A stretch of 63,982 nt of DNA, counting the filler, from Perkinsus olseni (Eukaryota): assembly GCA_013115125.1 (NCBI GenBank). It is 4 parts of 4 records of this genome, joined end to end, with 100 filler letters (N's around TTAATTAATTAA, not from the genome) between each part and the next. Parts side by side here need not be neighbours in the genome. Positions count along the whole stretch, not along the records: positions 17,609 to 35,070 come from JABANN010000644.1; positions 35,171 to 52,618 come from JABANN010000645.1; 2 more parts are not named here. The stretch is one strand, 5' to 3'. Both the position numbers and the translations under genes were made by a program. This document shows, in pieces, positions 25,311-36,683 of the stretch. The notes beneath the pieces are model-generated. The model searched no databases, was not told where the DNA came from, and saw only the letters and a list, made by a program, of their open reading frames with translations. Numbering within the stretch: position 1 is the stretch's first letter; each line of letters begins with the position of its first letter.

Positions 25311-26774
25311 ATGGCGCAGGAAACCCTGCACGCATATTCTTTCACGACTTCGGAACATCTGAATCGGATAATTGCCAGTTTCCGTCTGAGTTGGATGAGA
25401 GATGGTACGGTATGCTGAGCACAGAGGGGGAGCGAGGGCCGACACAATCGTGTCTCCCTAGGCTCTCCACTTGGCACGACCGTTACTCGGCGTACGTAAT
25501 TCCGAAAGAATTCTTGGTTGATGCATGCAGTGCACGCACGCTCTGAGGAGATGAAGTTGAACCGGTGGTGGAATCTTTGCCGTGCAGGCACTCTGGTCGT
25601 GGAAGATATTTGCCAGAATGGAGTGGCTCCCGGGGGTGGCAACGCGGTGGAAGAGGAAGGGAATGAGATCCCTCCACCAAACTTTTGCGCAGACGTGGGT
25701 TCGATCCCTGGGATATGTATTTTTACCGTCATTATTTTCTATCAGGAGAACGAGTTCTCTCCGCCATCCGGTCGGTCATCATCATCCTCCTGCGGCGAGA
25801 CTGTACCGTTGTCTGTCACCACCCGTAATGGTGTAGAACCTCTCACTCTACCTCTGAGGTTTTCTAAGGAGACACGATCACATACTCGACCGCGATCGAA
25901 GCGAAGCTCGACACTACTCAGCGAGGTAGTATTAGTGGTAGGAGCGCAATGGTATAAATTGCTTATTGTTACTTGAGGCGCGCGCGTCCCCTTATGCGCT
26001 TCCTGACTGACTGAGGTAGTATTAATGATAGTAGAAGTTGTGCTAGTACCTCTGAGGCCTTGTCATCTTTCTGCTGAGATTCGCTGGAGCTCTGTGGTAG
26101 AAAGCTGTACGAGGTGGAAGGCCTACCTCCCCTCAGGAGTCCAATGTGAGGCCTCGGTCGACTGCTAAGGGTAGCAAGCGGAGCGAAGGAGCTAGAATAG
26201 CATCTACTGAGCAGGCCATGGTAAAACGGGACATCGCTTAGCGGTGTGATTTTTTTTTTTGAAATCAGATTTTGTGGGAAATCTTTCTTTATTTGGTGCA
26301 CCACTCGTTGATGTCGGTGGTGGTTCTATCACTAGGAGTGTCGCGCCGCTTCGCTCCGCCGTTCCATTTTTTGCTTCGAGCGTTTTACCAGTGTTGACAC
26401 CTATGAGATGAGGAGAGTATAGCCCTGCGGTACTTACTGTTTTGTAGATCTCGGAAGTGCAGCGGCAGTCCAGGCCGGACACCAGTGCTGGTAGTAGGGG
26501 CGTCCGGGATGAGCATTGGAAGAGGGACGATGTGAGTGTGAGGGTTCGGCAATCTCCGAGGCCTGTTGGGTATCCGAGGTTGAAGCTGGCTTTAGGTGAA
26601 ATCAAGACCCCATTCCCGCTCATCTCGAGGCGGTGGTCGGGTGCAGAAGCCGCAGAAAATGAAGACACATTCGGCGAGCGGCTCTTGCGCTGCGGAGATT
26701 GGTGGATGGTCATCGTCATCACCGAACCGAGGGAATCCTCAGGCCCTTACGGTGCCCTTCAGTACCAGTCTTGA
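25311..26774 (+). CDS. Possible multi-exon hypothetical protein
   Basis: Chain of short plus-strand open segments bounded by plausible GT/AG sites. No family recognised. Confidence 0.3.
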
Positions 26775-26918
26775 TAAGCAATTCTTGAGCTTGTTCGCTA
26801 CATGATACCACTCCATGCATGATTGTGGGGATCAGTGACTTGGCCGTTGGTAAAATTATTGCTCTGAGGGATTGCGTTTAGTGGTGGGTGATTGTTCCTT
26901 GGCTGCCCTTCTTACTTT

Positions 26919-28778
26919 ATGGCGGCGAGATCCACAGCAGCTCGGGTGTCCTCGGGTTTGCTTCACAGGCTGTTGACACCGACGGCTGAGCATGCCGCAT
27001 TGAGGGAGATGATGAGAGCCTTTGTTGCTAAGGAGGTTGGAAGGCCCTCATGCTGCGTCTGCCTGGCTCGATCCGAGGTCAGGTAGAGCCCCAGGCCCTG
27101 CATTATGACCGATTGGAGAAGTGCAATTTGTCGTTGCTCAAGAAACTGGGAGATCTCGGTGAGATGGCGTCCTGGTTTAGTTTACTGCGCTCTAGGATCC
27201 TGCCGACTGCGGAGTATTTGCTGGTAGGGCTGCACGGAATCTGCGTCGATGAGGAGTACGGAGGCAGCGGGATGGATGCAGTGGCGGCCGTTATTGCCCA
27301 TGAGGTAGTGGTAGAGGTGGTGCCAGGCTTCAGTGGTTGGACTTCTTCTTGCTTAGGAGCTCTCCTACTCTGACCCAGGCTTCTGCCTTAGTTATTTGGC
27401 ACATTCAATGCTGTTTGTTAATAACCTATTTCATAATGGCTCGGAGCAACAGAAAAGAAGGTATTGCTGTACTTGGCGGGATGGTTGTGAATCTTCCGTT
27501 GCTCGCTTCGTCGCAGGCTACTGCCTTCGGTTATCTCGGGCGAGCTCATTGGTAGCATGGGTATGAGTGAGCCGGGATGCGGGACGGATGTGTTGGCGAT
27601 GACTACTAAAGCTACGCCAGATGGGGATGGATGGAGGTCATCAATCGGATGGGCGGGAGTTCGATCCTCGGCGATGGCGCTCTTTATGTACAGGTTGGAT
27701 GGCGCTAAAATGTGGATCACCAACGGCTGTCTGGATACTGAAGAAGAGGGTGTACAGCTGGGTGACTGTTGCCTGGTGAGAGCCCCTGCCGTCAGGGAGG
27801 TGGACCCTCTTTTCTAGGTCTATGCCAAGGCCCCTGAAGGGCTCTCCCTCTTCCTTGTGGAGAAGCCCATGGAAGGTGGTCGCCGCTGCTTGATGGTATC
27901 GTAGGTGACTTTCGTTGTCTAGGGTTCAGGGTCGGGCAGAAGATTCGGGATAAGTGTGGCATGAGGGCGTCCAGTACTGCAGAGTTAATTTTTGATGACG
28001 TTAAAATACCTCGGGAAAATCTGGTTGGAGAGCTAGGTAGTTGCGTTTTGGTCAGTAGGCTCGCGTCCCGGTTGCTGACGATTAGGCAAAGGTGTGGTAC
28101 CAATGATGCGGAATTTAGAGATTGAAAGAGTTACCTTGGCAGCGATGAGCTTGGGTATAGCACGCAGGTAGTCACTTAAGGGAGAGGCCTAGCTGGCTTC
28201 AAGCGTTGCAGGTGCCTTGATGTGATGCTGAAGTACACGCAGGAACGGAAGTCGTTCGACAAGCCGCTGGCGGATTTCGGTCAGATTCAGCGCCACTTTG
28301 CGGAGTCCTACGCTCAATGGGCTGCTGCTCGGGCTTATGTGTGAGTCTTTTTCATCAGAGGTGTCCACTCGCGAGGGCGTTTGGTAGTTACTCGGTGGCT
28401 GCGCAGCTGAAGCTGGACAGTGCTAGTGGGTCGAGGACAGACTCTGATGGCGTGAAACTCTTCGCCACAACGATGGCGAAGGACGTAGCAGACCGAGCGA
28501 TGCAGGTAGTGGGATTTGTTTGCTCAGTGACAGGTAGAGTATCGGATGGTTTCAGTGCCTTGGTGGGTACGGCTATGTGGGAGAGTACGCGGTAGAGCGG
28601 TTGTGGCGTGATGCTAAGCTGCTGGAGATAGGCGGTGGGACGTTGGAGGCTCATCAGAAGAACATCACGAGAGATCTTGGCAAGGTGACAGACTCCACAT
28701 GTGACTCAGTCGTCCGAGGTGCTAGTGATTCAGGCTGGCGCTTGCTTGGGTGACTACGATCCAGTTTTCGAGGGATGA
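26919..28778 (+). CDS. IVD: Isovaleryl-CoA dehydrogenase-like acyl-CoA dehydrogenase, mitochondrial, many exons
   Basis: Exon peptides EEYGGSGMD, ELSYSDPGFCLSYLAHSMLFVNN, MGMSEPGCGTDV, GAKMWITNG, DKCGMRASSTAELIF, YTQERKSFDKPLADFGQIQ, GGYGYVGEYAVERLWRDAKLLEIGGGTLEAHQKNI. Confidence 0.9.
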
Positions 28779-28934
28779 AGGAGACTTTGGAACCTTGGTA
28801 ATTTTTCACTGCTGCGATGCATGTGACGGTGGTTAACTTGTTCTCGATTGGTTAGAAGTACCTTGTGGTTGTATTTTTCGATCCTCGGCCGAGAGGGTAG
28901 TGTTCGGTGGGCCAAAAAGAGGACTGAATAGAAA

Positions 28935-29016
28935 TGAGTGCTGTGGGGTTCGAACCAACGCGGATCGTGTCCATTGGATCTCAAGTCCAACCCCTTAACC
29001 ACTCGGGCAAACACTC
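28935..29016 (-). tRNA. Type II tRNA with TGA (Ser) anticodon on a tRNA-Leu-like body; possibly anticodon-shifted or a pseudogene
   Basis: GAGTGTT TGCCCGAGTGGTTAAGGGG TTGGA-CTTGAGA-TCCAA TGGACACGATCCGC GTTGG-TTCGAAC-CCCAC AGCACTC A. Full cloverleaf, discriminator A73, G37, and one T-stem mismatch. Confidence 0.88.
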
Positions 29017-29094
29017 CGGTGGCACGGTGGACATTCTTCAGGCTTACTTCTCTTCGGCGCATTTTGCCATCCATAGTTCTTGCATAATTTTCTC

Positions 29095-30093
29095 ATGACT
29101 GCTACTACTAAGTTATCTCCGACAGCCTCAAGCAGGGGCGACAGCGCGTCCGCTGCCACCACAACTTCTGACATCTCCGTGGAATCCTGCACTAAGGTCC
29201 AGAAGATCCCCGGTATCACTAGGAACAGACGCCACCTGTTGTTGAGCCGCGTCACTAGTCATGTTAACTCTGATTCCTTTTGGTTGGTCGAGGAAGAGAT
29301 TTCCAAAGACGCTCCCTATGCTGGTCTGCTCATCGTCCTCATACCGGGTAACCCCTCTGTGGTGTCTGTGTATCGTGAGTTCGCTATGATGTTGGTCACG
29401 AGGTTCGAAGGTGCTGAGATTTTGGTGGAAGGCAATGCGGGTCACTCCCAGCACAGCCAAAAACTATTCAACAGCCTACAGGAGCAAGTGGACCACCATG
29501 TGAGGTTGCTCTCCAGACGAATCGATCCCACCAAGCACGGAAAGGTCCTTCTACTCGGCCATTCTATCGGTGCTTTTATCCTACTCAATTTCATTGACCA
29601 ATTGCGATACAACTTTCCAACGGTGAAGTTCCAGGTGGGCCTGTTGGCCCCCACGATCTGTCGGTTCTCCAACTACAACACACTTCGCTATTACACTCGC
29701 CCTGCTCTCTCTGTCCTTGCTTGCTTCCGTCCGATTCTGAGCGGCATTCTTTCCATACTGCCATCCACTGTCCCCATGCGGGACGCGGGTGTAGAGGTCT
29801 GCCACGGTAAATTCTTGAGCAATATCGAAACGATGCTCTCTTGGGAGCTTCGGGACATGCCAGTCGAGCCGAATGTGGATTCCTTGGCGAAGCTAGAGAA
29901 ATCTTTCTGCATACACGTCACCATTGATAAGTACACAAACTCTGATCTACGAGCCCGAGTCCAGAAGAAGTTCATGGCGAGCATTCCTGAAGGACGTGGT
30001 CAAGTACGAACCATAGTTGCTAGACACAACTTTCTCGATGAAGAGGATTTGCCTAAGATGGTTGACGCTATAGCCTCTTGTGTCGAAGCATAG
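29095..30093 (+). CDS. Lipid-droplet-associated hydrolase (LDAH)-like alpha/beta hydrolase, intronless
   Basis: IVLIPGNPS..Y.EF, GHS, SLQEQVDH, nucleophile elbow LLGHSIGA, LLAPTI, and a late His (RHNF). Confidence 0.82.
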   Translation: MTATTKLSPTASSRGDSASAATTTSDISVESCTKVQKIPGITRNRRHLLLSRVTSHVNSDSFWLVEEEISKDAPYAGLLIVLIPGNPSVVSVYREFAMMLVTRFEGAEILVEGNAGHSQHSQKLFNSLQEQVDHHVRLLSRRIDPTKHGKVLLLGHSIGAFILLNFIDQLRYNFPTVKFQVGLLAPTICRFSNYNTLRYYTRPALSVLACFRPILSGILSILPSTVPMRDAGVEVCHGKFLSNIETMLSWELRDMPVEPNVDSLAKLEKSFCIHVTIDKYTNSDLRARVQKKFMASIPEGRGQVRTIVARHNFLDEEDLPKMVDAIASCVEA

Positions 30094-30300
30094 GTTCAAC
30101 CTCTTTCCTCGATAATTCCTCTTTTGCGTTGGCTAGTAGTGGTTGTGCAGAGCCCTTGTCACCACCCATACGCTTCTCACTCCGTCGTTCTAACGAGCAA
30201 CATGTGATGGAGCGCGGTGCATCACGAAACCGCTCGAGTATTGGTACAGTGTAAACAGGGAAAGCGCACAAGGGCGTTCAACTAGGTAAGTTCATTAATA

Positions 30301-31846
30301 ATGTCAACATACGGGAAAAGCGTCCCTTTACTAGAGGCAGAGCGTGCCAAAGGTAGCAGGGCCGGCCAGCTGTCTGGAGGGTCAAAGATATTCATAGATG
30401 CGCCCTCAACGTCCGGGTCGCCAAGAACGTCTCCGGTCTTTTTGATGGTAACCGTGGAGGTTGTGCTGGTGGCAGGCTGGGTGCTCATGGGTGAGATCAC
30501 GCAGGTAAGCAGGCAGTGGCCGCTCCCGAGTAGTATGAACTTCACCCTCCTCAGGCCTTCCCGAATCTAACACACTACCCAGCCATGTTCGCGGGTGTGT
30601 CCTGCGCGTCGTATGTTATATTCCTCATCCCGTGGGCTGTGCTACGGAGGAGCCGCGGATTGAGGCTTCCGAGCAAGGCGTCACTGATACATGTTAACAA
30701 CATCATGCTTCCTCTGGGTGAGCAGCACCATTCAATTCACTATAAACATCTTCTTTCATAGGCCTGATGTGGCTGGTACAGATCTGGTTCTGGTACATGT
30801 CCTTGAAGGGGATGTCAGTTTCCGTGAATACCATCATCTATCAGACCACCCCCCTTGTTGTCTTTTTCTTCGACCTCTTCTTCGTAAGCACCCCCTCTCT
30901 ATTATCATAACGATTTCAATGCTACTGTCAGAATGGCCCTAGTCCTGGTTATGTTCTCAAGCTAGGCTGCATAGTGGTTGCAGTGTTCGGCATCATAGTG
31001 ATGTCTTCCTCGGGTGAGCATCAGAGGTCTTCATCTAGTGACGGCGCAATGGTCTTTCAGATACGAAGGAGTCCAACGGTGTGACCAACAGCCTGAGCTC
31101 ATGTATCGAAGTGTCTGTTGCTACTCTATTATATGGTCTGTTTGATGTCCTCTATGCTCAATGGGCGGCACCAGTATGTGATAAGATATCCAAAAAGGGA
31201 GAGCGTATCACCTACAGCAACAGTAGGAAGCCTCCACAGTCTCCATCAACATGCAGTCCTTGTAGGTTCCGATAATCTATCATCCCAGATTGAGAGTATG
31301 TTCCTCCTACTCGGCCTCCGTGCTGTTCCGGCATGTATGTTCCTCATCTGTACCCTCCTTGTAGGGTTATACGATCAAGACTTACCGTAGGCTTTGTTCA
31401 CTATACTCACTACCGTAAATTCCCCTCTTCAGAGACTATTCCCGAGGTGACCTCCTCGCGATGTTGTCCGTAACTGTCGCAGATTGGGCCTTCAACATCG
31501 CCATGTGTATCGGCTTGGTAACTCTATCTCCCCTGTGGGTGACCATGGGTAAATCTCCTGTTTTCGTGAGCTTCCGGTGCCCTCACTCATGTCGCAGGCA
31601 CGATCCTCTGCGTTCCGGCCGCCTTGGTCTTCGACATGCTAGTGAAAGGCCTTGTTTTGTCCCTAGGCGCGTGCATAGGTAAGGGCCGCATTCTTCCCGA
31701 TTTTTCTCTAGTTCTGAGCGTATCCTAAGGTTGACTCACCTCCGATCCACGTAGGTGGCCTCCTTACTGCTGCTGGTTTCATCGCCTACAACGTCATCTC
31801 CGCGAGGACAGAAGAGGGCAGCAGCGAGAACTCGGATCCCTCTTGA
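30301..31846 (+). CDS. DMT-superfamily (SLC35F-like) transporter, copy 1
   Basis: Hydrophobic exons WVLMGEITQ, WFWYMSLKGMSVSVNTIIYQT, ATLLYGLFDVLY, ADWAFNIAMCIGLVTLSPLWVTMG separated by short GT-AG introns. Confidence 0.75.
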
Positions 31847-32385
31847 TAATACCTCGAGTCTTAGTATGATTGCAAACAGTTGTTCCTTTCATAATTCAGT
31901 AATTTAATAGTTTGATTACAGTGTGATCTCTCATTTTCATAGCCATCACAGTATCTGTAGCGTCGTAAATATTCTACGTAGCTGGGCCACCCGGTGTGTA
32001 TACTAAGGAAAGGCTCGCCGAATCGGTCGTCTAGCAGTGCGCATGTGAGCTCGCCGATCCTTAGCGGGCAATGATCCACGTTCACATACGACGGTTCGTG
32101 GATGATTATGAGTATGTATCATGAATAGTGATGGTTTGTCGTTTCCTCAACCCGCATCTTCACCTTCTTTGATACTCAGTCCCCATAGCAATAGCCGCAC
32201 TGGGCGATCTTCTTGACACAGGGTGACGACGACTGTCTGCGTGCCCACACAACCATCGCTAGCTCTCGAAACCGCCAGGTCCCATACGATGTAGGGGTGG
32301 GTGCCATCCCCAATCCTGGATTCATCTACTCAGAGTTGCCTCTTAAGAAAAGGGGATAATTTTGACCGTACAACATACTTCTCTG

Positions 32386-33910
32386 ATGCGATCAAACGAC
32401 AGGAGTGTTCCTCTGCTTGTTAACGTATCCGACTCTCGAGGTATGCGGGAATCGATCGATCAGTGGTGTTATAGGTGCGAAGAAGAGCGCCGCGGAGCCT
32501 GTGGCCGTGGGCCGGCTCGCGGCGATCGCAGTGCTGGAGTTGGTTCTCGTCACATCCTGGGTGTTGACTGGAGAGATTGCCCAAGTAAGGCTGGGATGCC
32601 GAGCATGTTTGAGGACTTCGTCTGTCGCCAGGCCTTCCCGAATCTGACACACTACCCAGCCATGTTCGCGGGTGTGTCCTGCGCGTCTTATGTTATATTC
32701 CTCATCCCGTGGGCTGTGCTACGGAGGAGCCGTGGATTGAGACTTCCGAGCACGGCGTCACTGATACATATGAATAACATCATGCTTCTGTTGGGTGAGT
32801 TCTTGTACCACACCATCACCTAATCTACTGAATGGCCTGTTTAGGTTTCATGTGGCTCCTGCAGATGTGGGCATGGTACATGTCCTTGAAGGGGATGTCG
32901 GTCGCGCTGAACATCATCATCTATCAGACTACGCCGCTGGTCGTTTTCTTCATAGACCTTTTCATAGTGAGCTTCGGTATAGTATAGCCGACTGTTGATG
33001 CCTTTGGACAGAATGGTACCACTCCAAGCTACATACCGAAACTGCTGTGCATCCTCCTAGCGGTCCTCGGCATCATCGTCATGTCAGCGTCAGGTGAGAA
33101 AGTCAAGTGCAGAGTGTCATTGACTATTCCTTGGTTGTTAGATGCGGAGGAGTCCAACGGTGTGACCAACAGCCTGAGCTCATGTATCGAAGTGTCTGTT
33201 GCTACTCTATTATATGGTCTGTTTGATGTCCTCTATGCTCAATGGGCGGCACCAGTATGTGATAAGATATCCAAAAAGGGAGAGCGTATCACCTACAGCA
33301 ACAGTAGGAAGCCTCCACAGTCTCCATCAACATGCAGTCCTTGTAGGTTCCGATAATCTATCATCCCAGATTGAGAGTATGTTCCTCCTACTCGGCCTCC
33401 GTGCTGTTCCGGCATGTATCTTCCTCATCTGCACCCTCCTTGTAGGGTTGTACGATCATGACCTACCGTAGGCTTACTGCACCAGCGGTCCCGTTTGTTT
33501 CTGATTTGTTCTTACAGTGACTACTCCCGCGCGGACATACTCGGTATGGTTTGGGTTCCTCTGGCTGATTGGGCCTTTAACATCGCCATGAGCATCGGTC
33601 TGGTGCTCTTATCGCCCCTCTGGGTGACCATGGGTAAGCTCGCTTCAGTTCTCCACTGGTACTCAGTTTTTCCCAAATTACAGGAACAATCCCGTGCGTT
33701 CCAACCGCACTGATATTCGACATGCTTGCGAAAGGCCTAACACTCTCTGTTGGAGCGTGGATGGGTAGCCGGTACATACCGAAGCCAAGAATTGTACAGT
33801 TGTCCCTGATTTCAGGTGCTCTATGCACAGCCGTTGGGTTCATCGCCTTCAACGTTATTTCCTCTCGAGAGAAGGATAATACACGTCACCATTGTGATGA
33901 ATCAGGATGA
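32386..33910 (+). CDS. DMT-superfamily (SLC35F-like) transporter, copy 2 (tandem paralogue)
   Basis: Similar exon layout and motifs to copy 1, offset by about 2.08 kb. Confidence 0.75.
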
Positions 33911-35070
33911 TTGCTTTCTCTGACTGTGCTATCTTGTCACAGACGTAAATGTTAATCGATCATAGCGTCATGCCTGCTACGTCGTCTTCACTTGTATAAC
34001 CTCATGGAGTTCTCCTGCCCCTTCATTCAGCTTCTGATTTTGCCGTAACGTTTCTCACTTTTCATGAACTTTTTGACTCCATTCCATTGTTTACAAATTC
34101 TTTTGTTGCGTTCAGGGTGCGGAAATTCAGTCATCTCAACCCAGACAATCGCCGCGTTTCCGCATGACGATGGTACGAAATTTTGTGATAACTTGACACT
34201 TCACGAGCCTCTGGTTGTTAACGAATTGCGTGTTTATCATGATAATGAATATAATTATACCGTTTTCTCCTATCAGTTTTATCACCGAAGAACCTGACGT
34301 CAGTGACCTCTGACTTGCCACCTCAGTATTATCAACGGATAGCTCTCCCTCCTCGATCTTAGAAGTGGTCCGTCTACGAGCAAGCCATAGCAAAAAGAGT
34401 GTTCCACTCGGGTGTGGGTAACTTTGGGGGCGCTGGAGTGCTTAGCGATGATCTTGGCCTACGCAGGCCCAATGACATGGAAAAATCGACACGACAGTTT
34501 CGTAGATTGCCGAGTGATTTGACAGCGGCTATCGAGCCAAACGGCATCCCAGTAACTCCTCTACACCCTGTGCTTTCCCCTGTTCGGCAATGAGCAACTC
34601 CCTCACCAATGGTGAGTCACCATACCAAGCAAGCGGCTGAGTTCGGGTTGATGATACCTACCGTGACGGCCAGGACAAATGTTTTTGGGGCATACACTGC
34701 AACCCGCAGTATACATGTATCCGAAACCCTGATAGGTGAAGTGAGGTCTACTGAGAGTGCAGTTGTCCCTACTGAGTGAGCGTTCATGTTCTCCCGCATC
34801 GCATGAGGGCCCTCATTAAGGGTGTATCTCAACTCATCCAGTACAATTCCGTCTAATGATCGTTTCACTCGAGAGTGCAACTCGTCCATCTCGGTGCGTC
34901 AAGTATAAATTCCGGTATAATATCATCCCGCGTGACCGGTTCAAGCATGTTTTGTCCCCCGTTGTAAACCTAGGCCCGATCGCAGCTTCCCACCCAGAAC
35001 TCGTCAACTCGACTCGTCCCGCCCTGCCGATCAAATCTGGGCCATCGGACTGCCATCCACCGACAGCTGT

Positions 35071-35170
35071 NNNNNNNNNNNNNNNNNNNNNNNNNNNNNN
35101 NNNNNNNNNNNNNNTTAATTAATTAANNNNNNNNNNNNNNNNNNNNNNNNNNNNNNNNNNNNNNNNNNNN
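35071..35170. other. Artificial scaffold linker
   Basis: N-TTAATTAATTAA-N. Confidence 0.97.
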
Positions 35171-35310
35171 TGGCGCGGGACGCTTTCTACCCGCCCTCTC
35201 CTCTCGGAGCTTCTCCTTTTGTTCCTGAAGAGTGGGCGCAGGCGATACCTACCGGTCGTACGTCGATACCTTCCGGTTGTGTTCCATGTTTAGTGCTCAA
35301 CATCATGCTT

Positions 35311-35444
35311 GGCGTTATAATAACGCGTTACACATACCGCGTTATGAGCCCATTTCGCGTTTTACGCGTTATACCCTAAATTTATGCTCATAACGCGTTG
35401 TGTTTTTCGTAACGCGTGAAACGCTCGCGTTTTACACAACACGG
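35311..35444. repeat. Cluster of (A)CGCGTT / AACGCG motifs; MITE subterminal-like or regulatory
   Basis: At least seven CGCG-centred motifs in about 130 bp, in both orientations, ending in ACACAACACGG. Confidence 0.55.
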
Positions 35445-35537
35445 GTGCATCTTCATTGTGTCACACAATTTGTGTGCGGCTCGTACAAGTTTCTCCGTAG
35501 TCTCAACAGTTTTCCTGTGATCAATCCTACAACGGTA

Positions 35538-36683
35538 ATGACCATCATCTGCCGTGAGCCTGCTCTGCTCATGCTCCTCGTCGCACCTTCACTCAAGGCC
35601 ATGCACAGTAGTGGAGAAGACCTCAAGGCCTCAGATGTGAGTACCGTTTAGCGACATTTGATAAGGTTCATAGTCGTTAGTTTCTCTGAATGTGCCCGCA
35701 GGTGAAAAAACAGACTGTGGACTTTAGCGATCTTCAGCACTCCGCAGCTGAAGTAAGCTTTTCCGCTAACGAGGGACTCGATTTCCTGGTCCTGTGCGTC
35801 AGACCGAAATCAGCCATGTTGTGGAAAAGCAGGATGGAAGTCTCTGTGTTCTCGACTGGTACGTCTCCCTGCAGCACGAGGAGGCCGGGTTGTGGATAAC
35901 TAAGCGCGAAGAAGTGCGGGTCATGGCTCGCCTGGATCCAGAACAGAAGGCTTTCACTTTTATGAAGGCCTTCGCCTACAAGAACCATGGTTGGCGCGAC
36001 ATAATTGTAAAGTAGGAAGCACGAGTTACTCGTCACGAGTCGGCCGCTGCTTCTTTGGAATTGCTGTCATCTACACTCTCGGTTTCAGAGACGACAAGGA
36101 TGAGCTAGTCGTGAAAGCCTATGAACACAGTGAAGACCTCGGGACGCTGGTGTATCCAGAGATCAAGGCGGGGCCGGTGGGCACAGACGAGAGGAACCAT
36201 ATCGAAAAAGTGCTCCTTAAAGAAGGTCCCTTCTCACCCTTGGGCCATCTGAAGGGAAATGTTCTGAATCCTCTCATCGATAGTATTGACTGGCAATCAG
36301 ATAATGACCAACTCAAATGCGAGAAAATATACCATTTTGCTGCCCTTCACGGACCTGTTCGTTGTAAGAGCGAAAACTTGGATTGGTTGTTTTATTTTGT
36401 ACATGAGAACACTAAGAGAATCGAGAAGCAAGTTCGCGAATTGGAACGTGAAGGAAGAGCGAATAAACCTGATACTGAGAAACAAGATGGCCTCTTCAGC
36501 ACGTAGGAAATAATGAGGGATCTGATGCTGCGCTTAGAAAAAGGAGGCCAGGCACCTGATGCGTCGAGGGGTGATGATAAGGAAAGAGCTCGTGCGCTGG
36601 AAAATCTGGCGAAAACTGGTGAAGGGAAAAGATTTGGTAGCGTGAGGGAGTTCTTCAGAAAAACCTTTGGAAGATCGCAATGA
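35538..36683 (+). CDS. Hypothetical secreted protein, multi-exon
   Basis: Signal-like MTIICREPALLMLLVAPSLKA, GT-AG introns, a 171-aa core ORF, and a terminal exon ending FFRKTFGRSQ*. Confidence 0.6.

Noticed and set aside
28979-28985. Reading the odd tRNA as a UGA-suppressor/selenocysteine tRNA or as Leu(GAG)
   Set aside because: TCA appears only on the non-coding strand. Stem pairing fixes the loop as CTTGAGA, so the anticodon is TGA, and shifting the register to GAG breaks the stem.
26919-29016. Functional link between leucine-catabolic IVD and the adjacent Leu-type tRNA
   Set aside because: Adjacency only; tRNA genes are scattered through the window and no regulatory structure was seen.
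34400-35070. Gene or transposase fragment at the contig end
   Set aside because: Short overlapping ORFs without recognisable motifs.
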